Shown here in pieces: positions 8,433 to 16,099 of a stretch of 19,388 bases of DNA. The DNA comes from Bacteriovoracaceae bacterium (GTDB taxonomy: Bacteria > Bdellovibrionota > Bacteriovoracia > Bacteriovoracales > Bacteriovoracaceae): contig JBMYPC010000054.1 of assembly GCA_049599895.1 (NCBI GenBank), positions 1-19,388 of the forward strand, in the 5' to 3' direction. The first letter of the stretch is position 1; each line of letters begins with the position of its first letter. The notes beneath the pieces are model-generated. The model was given only the letters and a program-made list of their open reading frames with translations. It was not told the origin of the DNA and ran no database searches. The position numbers and the translations under genes were made by a program.

Positions 8433-8459
8433 TTTTCTCAAAAACTTCTCCTACCGTAC

Positions 8460-8487
8460 TAAATTTCTTTTTAAGACATTCCGATAC
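8460..8487 (+). promoter_or_regulatory. Possible sigma-28 (FliA) promoter: TAAA-N16-TCCGATAC
   Basis: TAAATTT at 8460-8466 and TCCGATAC at 8480-8487, versus consensus TAAA-N15-GCCGATAA; the spacing is one base long. Confidence 0.4.
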
Positions 8488-8532
8488 TTAAGTTGAGAAA
8501 GGATTAAAATAGCTAAAAATAGGAAGCTGATT

Positions 8533-10824
8533 ATGAAACGTTTACTCACCTTAACCTTTATTCTAATGAGTTTTTCTTCTCATGGAATTAACTTCAACAG
8601 TAAGTTAAAGCCAAGTGTTGGGACAAAACAGATCGATAGAGGGCAAACTCCAAAAGGAACTGGTCTTAGAAGTAAAGCTTCTAAACTTGATTCTACCCAG
8701 ATGGCCTGTGCTCCAGAGAAAGATGGGTATGTGAGTTATAATTTCTTTCTTAATTTGATGAATGAAAGTAAAGAAGTTTCTTATAACAAAGAAACTGGGA
8801 TCCTCTCTCTTCCTTCTTATATTTCTGGGGACGGCTGTTTTGAAGCGATTGCCGGAGCTCAAGTCACTGATGCCATCAGAATCAGTGATAGTGAAAACGT
8901 TAAGTATAATTTTGTCACTTTAAAAAATGGAAAAGATCTAAGTTGGGAGCATATTTCAAAAGAACTTAAAGCGCCTTTGAAAAAAGATGATGGTAGTGAA
9001 TTAGACCCAAAAGTTCTCTCAAAAAATCAAAAAAGACAAAAAGACATTTCTTGGTTTAAAAATGTGAAAATCGGAAGCCTTGAATATGATGAAGCTGAAC
9101 CAGGTGAGTTTGGAAGACAGTGGGACAGACTCTCTGAAGAGCATAAGATTATGGCCTGTCTAGAAGCGAAAGGAAAAATTGTAGAAGACAGTAGCGGTGA
9201 TTATGTTCTTGGTAATGATATTAAGCCAGCTGACATTGAAGATGTGAATACTTTCACATTGAGTACAGATAATGGTGGTGATGAAATGACAACCATCAAA
9301 CTTGCAATGGCATCACCTGCCAATGCAAAATTCCCAAGAGCCTATGGCCCAGCCTTAGAGGGAAGTCTTTTCTCTTTAGAAGATGATGGAAAGAGTTGTT
9401 TTAAGCTTGAAAAACTTAATGAAGGTGAAGATCCAGTTGTTTTTGAAAATGCGATGATCGCTGAGGCGATGAACCTTTGTCAGATTGGCGATGTCTATCA
9501 GATGGATAAAAAACTTCATAGTCTTTATGAAAACTACAGCTCTCTTTCGGGAAGTAACGCTTATAAAATCTCTCTTATGCTTCTTGAAGATGCACGAGAT
9601 AAGAGTCGTGACGAAAAAGAAGAAGATATTCTTGCTGAGTTAAAAGAGATTGGAAGTGAAATTAAAAAGCTTCGAAAAGGTGGAAAGTGGGATGCTGATG
9701 ATGACGATGCTGAAGATTTCATGAGTGATTATATTGCAACTTTAAAGAAATTTAATGAGCAAGTTGTTGATTCCTACATTAGAGAACTTAACTATAGCCT
9801 TAACTCACTTAAGCACTTAAGAGGTGACGCGAAAAAAGATGAGTTAAAAAAGATCGATAAATTAAGAGAAAAAATTGGTCATCTCAATGATAAGAAAAGT
9901 TCTTATCACTATAGCTATGTTGAAGAACTGGCAAAAGAATTTGGCCTTATGGGACAAGCTCAAGATGTTCATGGCTTTTTCTTAAAGTCTAAGTACATGG
10001 CCCAGGTTACTAAAGATGCAAAAGGAAAAGATCATAGAAGTGGATTCAGAAAAGGTTTCAAGTCTTCTAAGATGAAGCGTTTTGGAAAGGGTCTTACCTT
10101 TGCGAAAGCTGATGATTACATTGAAAAAGCCTATGAACGTTACGAATCAAAAATGGAAAAATGGGAAGACGATTACGCAGCCAAAGAGGGTGAAGAATAC
10201 CCAGCAAGAATCGCTCTTAATGAAGTTCGCTCAATCAATAGAAGTATGAGCCTTGCGAGTAAAAGACATAATGAACGAGAAGAGTCTTATGCCAAAAACT
10301 GTGACAGGGGCTTCTTTGGGGGACAAGTTAACCCAGTAAGATGTAAGTTCTACAACAACCCACAAAGAAAAAGAGCAAGATTTGATCGTTATAATAGAAT
10401 GATGTCGTCACACAGAAGAGCTCTTGATCGTGCTACTGCAAGCTATCAAGACAGAAGACAGTGGGCAGAAGACGCAAGACGGGCCCTCGCTGAAGAAGAA
10501 GGTGAGTACGATGATTATATGAGTTATTACTTCCATGAAGATGATTTTGGATTCATGGATGACAACTATTACTATGATGACAGTTCACTCTATTCAATGG
10601 GCGCAAGAGATATGGGAAGACCATCTTCTAACCCAAGAGCGGGAAATCCATTTCAAAATGGTTACGCAGCTCAAGGGCATTCTCAGCATCCAATGATGTA
10701 CAACCCACAACTACCTAATCAGATGCTAATGGACCCAAGATACCAGCATATGTATCAGGACCCGATGATGTACAACAATCGTGGAATGTATAATCCTGGT
10801 GGGAATGGCTTCTATATCAACTAG
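8533..10824 (+). CDS. Large hypothetical secreted protein with helical core and low-complexity C-terminal tail
   Basis: 763-aa ORF, AGGA RBS, signal peptide MKRLLTLTFILMSFSSHG, 7 Cys, charged helical middle, D/Y-rich block then a P/Q/N/M/Y/G-rich tail. Confidence 0.85.
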   Translation: MKRLLTLTFILMSFSSHGINFNSKLKPSVGTKQIDRGQTPKGTGLRSKASKLDSTQMACAPEKDGYVSYNFFLNLMNESKEVSYNKETGILSLPSYISGDGCFEAIAGAQVTDAIRISDSENVKYNFVTLKNGKDLSWEHISKELKAPLKKDDGSELDPKVLSKNQKRQKDISWFKNVKIGSLEYDEAEPGEFGRQWDRLSEEHKIMACLEAKGKIVEDSSGDYVLGNDIKPADIEDVNTFTLSTDNGGDEMTTIKLAMASPANAKFPRAYGPALEGSLFSLEDDGKSCFKLEKLNEGEDPVVFENAMIAEAMNLCQIGDVYQMDKKLHSLYENYSSLSGSNAYKISLMLLEDARDKSRDEKEEDILAELKEIGSEIKKLRKGGKWDADDDDAEDFMSDYIATLKKFNEQVVDSYIRELNYSLNSLKHLRGDAKKDELKKIDKLREKIGHLNDKKSSYHYSYVEELAKEFGLMGQAQDVHGFFLKSKYMAQVTKDAKGKDHRSGFRKGFKSSKMKRFGKGLTFAKADDYIEKAYERYESKMEKWEDDYAAKEGEEYPARIALNEVRSINRSMSLASKRHNEREESYAKNCDRGFFGGQVNPVRCKFYNNPQRKRARFDRYNRMMSSHRRALDRATASYQDRRQWAEDARRALAEEEGEYDDYMSYYFHEDDFGFMDDNYYYDDSSLYSMGARDMGRPSSNPRAGNPFQNGYAAQGHSQHPMMYNPQLPNQMLMDPRYQHMYQDPMMYNNRGMYNPGGNGFYIN
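10690..10776 (+). repeat. Short intragenic direct repeat encoding PMMYN
   Basis: CCAATGATGTACAAC at 10690-10704 and CCGATGATGTACAAC at 10762-10776 (14/15 identical); a degenerate GMYNP follows. Confidence 0.7.
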
Positions 10825-12320
10825 AATTGGATAGAAGTTCCTAGCTGAAAGAGCATTGTATTGTCTGCAGAGTTCGCTCTGTTCGCTTCATTTGAAAATG
10901 AATAGTATTCACCAGTAAAGAGGTAACCAAATCCTCCGTGAACATTAATTTCTTTGTTCCATCGGTAGTTAACCCCAAGATCAATTTCTAGACCAAGATC
11001 ATCGTCTTGGTTTGCTACTGCTGAATCAATCAATCTGTTGGTGCTATGGTTAAAAGCGGTTGAGTTTTTCTTAGCAACTTCTTCGGCTACAGCTTTAATA
11101 ACGGCAACGTCCCAATCCCAGTTTCCACTAGTGTATCGAGCAAGAGCTTTAATATAGCTAGCGTTATGAACATAAGAGTCATAGAGGTTTTCAGCATTTG
11201 GATCACTGATTGCATAAAGATTGTAACGGAAAAGAAGATGAGCAATCTGATAGTTTGGATTCAGATACATGGCCTCAAAAACATTTGTGTTTCCAGAATC
11301 CCCTGAAACTTTACCAGCATTTAGTTGAAAGAGGAGACTTGGAGAAAGTCTGTATTCTGATTCAAGAATAAAAGCTTTCGCTTTGTACTTAGAAGAGTTG
11401 GCTTCAGAGTAGATGTTGTAAACATCACCAATTTGACCACTATAAAGTGGAACTTCTAGTGCAAGAGCAAAGTCTCCCCATCTCTTTTTAACAAAAAGAT
11501 CCGTAAGCTTCACACTTGTCTGCCCAATACTATAGTCAGTTCCTGTTCCGTCAACGTCAGTTACAGTTGCACTTGTTGCATCAGATCCATCTTTTTTGTG
11601 AGCGTAGTAAATACCAAAAGAAACTTCTTTAACGTCGTTTTCATAGAGAAGAGAAACACCAACTTCTTTTACCCTCGTTGGTCTCGTTAAGCCATCAGTT
11701 GAGCTGATCTTTGCGTAGAAAGGCTTGATTTCAAAGTTTCCAATTTTAAATTGAAGTTCAATTCCATCTCTTACAAATGCATGGCGATCCCAAGCGCCTT
11801 CACCACTGTGAACGACAGCTCCTAGCCCCCAATGAGAAGAGAATCGTCCAATTCGATAAGTGGCTGTGTCTGCGTAGAGGTCAAGATAGAATTGACCGAG
11901 TTGAAGATCATCACTGCTATCTGTTGTGTTGTGGTAGTAAAGAGCGTTACCGTAAGAGTTTTGCCCATTTTGAGTTCCACGTCTTACTGAAGAGTCTCCA
12001 AATAATCCTCCCCGACCATAACCAGTAGTAAGCTCACCGAAGAAGCTTGCTGAATCGTTAACAATAATTTCTGGGTTTAACCTTAAAACATAAGATTGAA
12101 ATGAAGCACTTGATCCGTTTCCATCGTCTGTTGGAATTTCTTGAGTTCCAAAGTTTGAAGTGTAATCAGTTTGTTGAGTCGCTTCTTTAATTCTTCTATA
12201 ATTATTAATTAAAGTAGTATCGGCACCAAAAGTTCCTTTCCAATTTATAGGAAGAGCTTCAGCTGTAAACACAGAAAAAAGAGTAACGAGAGCAATTAAT
12301 TTTAAGAATGGTCCAAACAC
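10821..12320 (-). CDS. Outer-membrane beta-barrel/porin (alginate-export-like superfamily)
   Basis: Signal peptide ending AEA; amphipathic strands; GLEIDLGVNYRW...GFGYLFTGEYY near the C-terminus resembles AlgE-like barrels; ends in Phe (GTSIQF). GTG at 12320 is preferred to TTG at 12329 because AAGG lies 9 nt upstream of the GTG. Confidence 0.75.
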   Translation of the reverse strand: MFGPFLKLIALVTLFSVFTAEALPINWKGTFGADTTLINNYRRIKEATQQTDYTSNFGTQEIPTDDGNGSSASFQSYVLRLNPEIIVNDSASFFGELTTGYGRGGLFGDSSVRRGTQNGQNSYGNALYYHNTTDSSDDLQLGQFYLDLYADTATYRIGRFSSHWGLGAVVHSGEGAWDRHAFVRDGIELQFKIGNFEIKPFYAKISSTDGLTRPTRVKEVGVSLLYENDVKEVSFGIYYAHKKDGSDATSATVTDVDGTGTDYSIGQTSVKLTDLFVKKRWGDFALALEVPLYSGQIGDVYNIYSEANSSKYKAKAFILESEYRLSPSLLFQLNAGKVSGDSGNTNVFEAMYLNPNYQIAHLLFRYNLYAISDPNAENLYDSYVHNASYIKALARYTSGNWDWDVAVIKAVAEEVAKKNSTAFNHSTNRLIDSAVANQDDDLGLEIDLGVNYRWNKEINVHGGFGYLFTGEYYSFSNEANRANSADNTMLFQLGTSIQF

Positions 12321-12383
12321 AATAATCAACCTTTTTGGGATTGTAAGTAACGGCCCGCTGGCCAGTAGGGTAAAATACAGCTA

Positions 12384-12412
12384 ATCATATGAAATAGCTG
12401 ATTTTTCGTCAA
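12384..12412 (-). promoter_or_regulatory. Near-consensus sigma-70 promoter for the porin gene (TTGACG-N17-TATGAT)
   Basis: TTGACG at 12412-12407 and TATGAT at 12389-12384, both 5/6 matches, with an exact 17-nt spacer. Confidence 0.7.
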
Positions 12413-12431
12413 AATCTAATAGTATAAACTT

Positions 12432-14372
12432 ATGAAATTATCGAAGAATTTATCAAAACTTTTGGTCATCTTTTTGCTGGGTGTTGTCATTGCAGTGATC
12501 ACTGGGACTTTCTATGCCATAGTGGTGATCAAAAGAACTCCCCTTCATAAAATTTCAGGTCTCAACCAAGTGGAAAGCATCGATTATGACGCAGGGTCCA
12601 CGCTCGATGAAGGTTCAATCGTTAAAAAAGAGGATTTTGAAGCCTTCTTAAGCATGTCGATGATCGAGGCCTCCACAAAAGATATTGTGCAAAAATTAAA
12701 AGAAGATTCGGTTCTTGAGGAGCATAGTAAAAATCATTTTGGTATTTTAAAAGACTTTGAGTTTCAAAAACTCTATGGAAACAACTGTGAACATATCTAT
12801 TGTTTCCAAAGAAAAATTCCCTTTCAAAAAATTCCAAGAGCCTTTTGGAAAGGTCTCATTGGAATTGAAGACTCTCGGTTTTTAGAACATTTTGGAATTG
12901 ATCCCAAATCGATTTTAAGAGCATTAGTCAAAGACATTGCCGCTATGAAGTTTGTTGAAGGTGGATCGACTATAACCCAGCAGCTTGTTAAGAATCTCTT
13001 CTTTACAAATGAAAGGCGCTTAAGTCGAAAAATTGATGAGGCGATTGCTGCGATTTATGTAAATTTCAAGTATTCCAAAGAGGAGACTTTGCAGGCCTAT
13101 TTTAACGAAATTGATTGGGGGGCAATGCAAGGAATTCGTATTAAGGGAATTTGGGCAGCGTCGGCTTTTTATTTTCAAAAGCCAATTGAATTCCTAGATC
13201 CTTTTGAAGCAACAATCTTGATCGCCCTATTAAAAGGTCCTTATTACTATCATCCGATTAGAAGAACAGAGCGTTTGAAAAACCGTACCCATGCGGTTTT
13301 CAAACGGCTAGTAAAGCTAGGTTTTTTTGATGAAAAAGAATCTCATGCCTGGAATCAAAAAAAGTGGAGTTCATGGGTTCAAAGGCTTAAGTCTCTCAAT
13401 GAAACCAGACCACTTTTTAGTTATTGGCATCTTTTAAGAGATAATCCTAAGGGTGATCTCTATGAAAAATTTGTCCTTAATCGAAAGGCCTATGAAGTTT
13501 TAAGAGCGATCCCAAAAGAAAAAAGACGAGAGCATCAGATTGAAGCAAAACTTTTCATTAAAGAACTTAAAAACCAAAAGTTTGAAAATTTTTATCAGTA
13601 TTTTTCAAGTCCTGAGAAATCGAAAACCAAAGCTTTTGAAAGTGAAATTCATCAGTTGGGAAGTATTCTTAAACCTCTTCTTTATAGTCTGATGCTTCAA
13701 AGTGGAAAGAGTTTAGATGATCTCGTAACCACTGCACCATACACTCTCAATCTTAAGTCTGGAAAATGGACTCCAAGAGAATCTAGTAAAATACCAGTTG
13801 AAGAAGTGCCGCTTTGGGTGGCCCTACAAAAGTCTATGAATAACCCTTTGATTCGAACAGTTGATGAAATTGGTTTTGAGCAAATTGAGACGAGGCTTCT
13901 CGATTATATTCCGGAGCTTCAAAGACCTTTAAGCGAGTACCCGGCTCAGCTTTTGGGGGCCATCGAGCTACCTCTGGCCCGTGTGATGGAAGTTTATGAG
14001 AAGTTTATTGGGAACTCTTGCGAGGAAAATGATCAGGATGAGGCCATTGAGGTTCTTACCAAGCTTAGTGACCCAAAACTTACAACTATCCGCAATGTGA
14101 CATATAGAAGGTTCAAAGATTTCAGCTTCTTTGGAAAAACCGGAACCTCAAACTATGGAAATGACAATTGGTTCATCGCTTTTGAGGGTGAGAGGTTGTA
14201 TGCCTTTTGGGTGGGATCCTCTGGAAAGAAGTCCACTAAGAGTCTCAAAATCTATGGAAGCACGACATCATTTAAAATATTCCAAAACTACTTTATGGAA
14301 AGAGGAAAGAACTTTCCTATTCTTAAATGCGTGCAAGACAGTGAAATTGAGTCGGATGATGAAGGTTTTTAG
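12432..14372 (+). CDS. Class A penicillin-binding protein (GT51 transglycosylase + transpeptidase)
   Basis: N-terminal TM; GT51 motifs EDSRFLEHFG, GGSTITQQLVKN, RKIDE, KEETLQAYFN; transpeptidase motifs SILK (SxxK), SMN (SxN) and KTGT. Confidence 0.92.
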   Translation: MKLSKNLSKLLVIFLLGVVIAVITGTFYAIVVIKRTPLHKISGLNQVESIDYDAGSTLDEGSIVKKEDFEAFLSMSMIEASTKDIVQKLKEDSVLEEHSKNHFGILKDFEFQKLYGNNCEHIYCFQRKIPFQKIPRAFWKGLIGIEDSRFLEHFGIDPKSILRALVKDIAAMKFVEGGSTITQQLVKNLFFTNERRLSRKIDEAIAAIYVNFKYSKEETLQAYFNEIDWGAMQGIRIKGIWAASAFYFQKPIEFLDPFEATILIALLKGPYYYHPIRRTERLKNRTHAVFKRLVKLGFFDEKESHAWNQKKWSSWVQRLKSLNETRPLFSYWHLLRDNPKGDLYEKFVLNRKAYEVLRAIPKEKRREHQIEAKLFIKELKNQKFENFYQYFSSPEKSKTKAFESEIHQLGSILKPLLYSLMLQSGKSLDDLVTTAPYTLNLKSGKWTPRESSKIPVEEVPLWVALQKSMNNPLIRTVDEIGFEQIETRLLDYIPELQRPLSEYPAQLLGAIELPLARVMEVYEKFIGNSCEENDQDEAIEVLTKLSDPKLTTIRNVTYRRFKDFSFFGKTGTSNYGNDNWFIAFEGERLYAFWVGSSGKKSTKSLKIYGSTTSFKIFQNYFMERGKNFPILKCVQDSEIESDDEGF

Positions 14373-14392
14373 GAGATAAGTGCATCAAAATA

Positions 14393-14421
14393 TTGATCTT
14401 ATCTTTCACTCGAGGTATAAA
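14393..14421 (+). promoter_or_regulatory. Putative sigma-70 promoter for tRNA-Gln-prs-pth-ychF (TTGATC-N17-TATAAA)
   Basis: TTGATC at 14393-14398 and TATAAA at 14416-14421, 17-nt spacer, 26 nt upstream of the tRNA. Confidence 0.65.
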
Positions 14422-14447
14422 CCTAAGCATAAAAAAAGCTATCTTGT

Positions 14448-14522
14448 TGGGGTGTCGACAAGTGGTAAGTCAGCAGATTTTGATTCTGCCATTCGCAGGT
14501 TCGAGTCCTGCCACCCCAGCCA
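14448..14522 (+). tRNA. tRNA-Gln (anticodon TTG)
   Basis: Cloverleaf: acceptor TGGGGTG/CACCCCA, D arm GAC/GTC, anticodon stem GCAGA/TCTGC with loop TT-TTG-AT, T arm GCAGG-TTCGAGT-CCTGC, discriminator G and encoded CCA. U1-A72 pair; usual position upstream of prs. Confidence 0.98.
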
Positions 14523-14527
14523 TTTTT

Positions 14528-14553
14528 AAGTCTTCGGGCTTCATTGAAGACTT
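14528..14553 (+). other. Stem-loop between tRNA-Gln and prs
   Basis: AAGTCTTC (14528-14535) pairs with GAAGACTT (14546-14553) around a 10-nt loop; immediately followed by the GGAAGGGA RBS; no U-tract. Confidence 0.6.
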
Positions 14554-14565
14554 GGAAGGGACGCC

Positions 14566-15510
14566 ATGAAAAGATTTGTCCTAGTCTCAGGTTCTGCCAA
14601 TCCAAAACTCTCTGAAAAAATCTCCAATTTTCTCGATGTGCCGCTGGTGAATCCGCAAATTATTCGCTTCGCTAACCAAGAGATCTTTTGTGAGATTGAA
14701 AAGAATGTGAGGGGAGCAGATGTCTTTTTGATCCAGTCAACATGCACACCTGCTAACGACAATCTCATGGAGCTTTTGATTATGATCGATGCTCTTAAAA
14801 GAGCTTCGGCAAATTCAATTACAGCGGTTATGCCTCATTATGGATATAGTCGCCAGGACCGAAAGGCTTCACCAAGGACTCCGATAACAGCGAAGCTTGT
14901 TGCTGATCTTCTTACTGTTGCTGGAGCAACTCGAGTGATTACAATGGATCTCCATGCTGGTCAGATTCAAGGCTTTTTCGATATTCCTTTTGATAATATT
15001 TTCGCTTCCCCTGTTATTCTTGATTACATTAAGCGTGAGCTTTTCAATGAAAAGACTCTCTTTGTTTCACCAGATGCCGGTGGAGTTGAAAGAACTCGCT
15101 ATTACGCTAAAAAGTGTAAAGCCGATATCGCCATGATCGATAAAAGACGAATGGGGAAGAACCTTGCCAAGGCGATGAACGTTGTCGGTGATGTTGAAGG
15201 AAAAGAATGTATCATTCTTGATGATATGATCGATACAGCAGGAACATTGATCGAAGCCTGCAAAACTTTAAGAGACCATGGTGCCACCAAGGTTGTTGCT
15301 TGTGCGACTCATGCGATCTTTTCAAACCCAGCTCTTGAAAGAATTCAAAATGCTGAAGAGCTTGATAAGGTTATCGTGACTGACACTATTCCTCTTGCAC
15401 CAGAAGCGGCGGGGATTGATAAGATCGAAGTTCTCTCAATTGCAGAAATTCTTTCAAAGGCCATTCACCGAACCTTTAATAACGATTCAGTTAGCTCACT
15501 CTTTGTTTAA
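14566..15510 (+). CDS. prs: Ribose-phosphate pyrophosphokinase
   Basis: NVRGADVF, YSRQDRK, MDLHAGQIQGFF, VSPDAGGV, DDMIDTAGT, ATHA. Confidence 0.98.
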   Translation: MKRFVLVSGSANPKLSEKISNFLDVPLVNPQIIRFANQEIFCEIEKNVRGADVFLIQSTCTPANDNLMELLIMIDALKRASANSITAVMPHYGYSRQDRKASPRTPITAKLVADLLTVAGATRVITMDLHAGQIQGFFDIPFDNIFASPVILDYIKRELFNEKTLFVSPDAGGVERTRYYAKKCKADIAMIDKRRMGKNLAKAMNVVGDVEGKECIILDDMIDTAGTLIEACKTLRDHGATKVVACATHAIFSNPALERIQNAEELDKVIVTDTIPLAPEAAGIDKIEVLSIAEILSKAIHRTFNNDSVSSLFV

Positions 15511-15512
15511 AT

Positions 15513-16085
15513 ATGCAGTACTTAATCGTTGGACTTGGAAACCCTGGAAAAGAATATGCTGAAACTCGGCATAATATAGGGGAGAAAGTTCTCATTGAAT
15601 GTAGGCCAACTAGTGGCATGAACTGGTCAGAAAAGTTTAAGGGCTTTTATGGCAAAGTTCGAGTCAGAGAAAATGATTGCATCTTTTTAAGGCCCCAAAC
15701 TTATATGAACTTAAGTGGGGAGAGTGTCGTGAAGGCGGCACAATTTTTTAAGATTGAGCCCTCTGAAATATTGATTGTTCACGATGAGCTTGATCTTCCT
15801 TATGGGCAAGTGGCCTTTAAAAAAGGAGGCGGTCTTGCAGGGAATAATGGTCTTAAGTCTGTGGCCCAGTGTTTGGGTACAAAAGACTTTTTAAGATTAA
15901 GACTTGGAATTGGAAGGCCTCCTCATGGAAACGTAAGTTCTTGGGTTCTTTCTAAGTTTACCAAGGATGAGCAGATCACTTTAGATGATTATATAACCAA
16001 AGCTGGCGAGATCGTTGAGGAGTTCGCGGAAAGTGATTTTGGTGCAGTGGCGACTCGCTGGAGTCGAAAAAGTTTAGTTAATTAA
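15513..16085 (+). CDS. pth: Peptidyl-tRNA hydrolase
   Basis: LIVGLGNPG, TRHNIG, PQTYMNLSGESV, VHDELDL, RLRLGIGRP. Confidence 0.97.
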   Translation: MQYLIVGLGNPGKEYAETRHNIGEKVLIECRPTSGMNWSEKFKGFYGKVRVRENDCIFLRPQTYMNLSGESVVKAAQFFKIEPSEILIVHDELDLPYGQVAFKKGGGLAGNNGLKSVAQCLGTKDFLRLRLGIGRPPHGNVSSWVLSKFTKDEQITLDDYITKAGEIVEEFAESDFGAVATRWSRKSLVN

Positions 16086-16099
16086 ATTGGAGAAATAAG

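Noticed and set aside
8434..8500. 8-bp inverted repeat TTTCTCAA / TTGAGAAA in the intergenic region
   Set aside because: Short, AT-rich and 51 nt apart; compatible with chance and not a terminator.
14448..14565. tRNA-Gln as an integration site for an island
   Set aside because: No integrase, no duplicated tRNA 3' end seen, and prs follows directly.
14423..14768. Two short minus-strand ORFs (60 and 75 aa)
   Set aside because: Antisense shadows of tRNA-Gln and prs.
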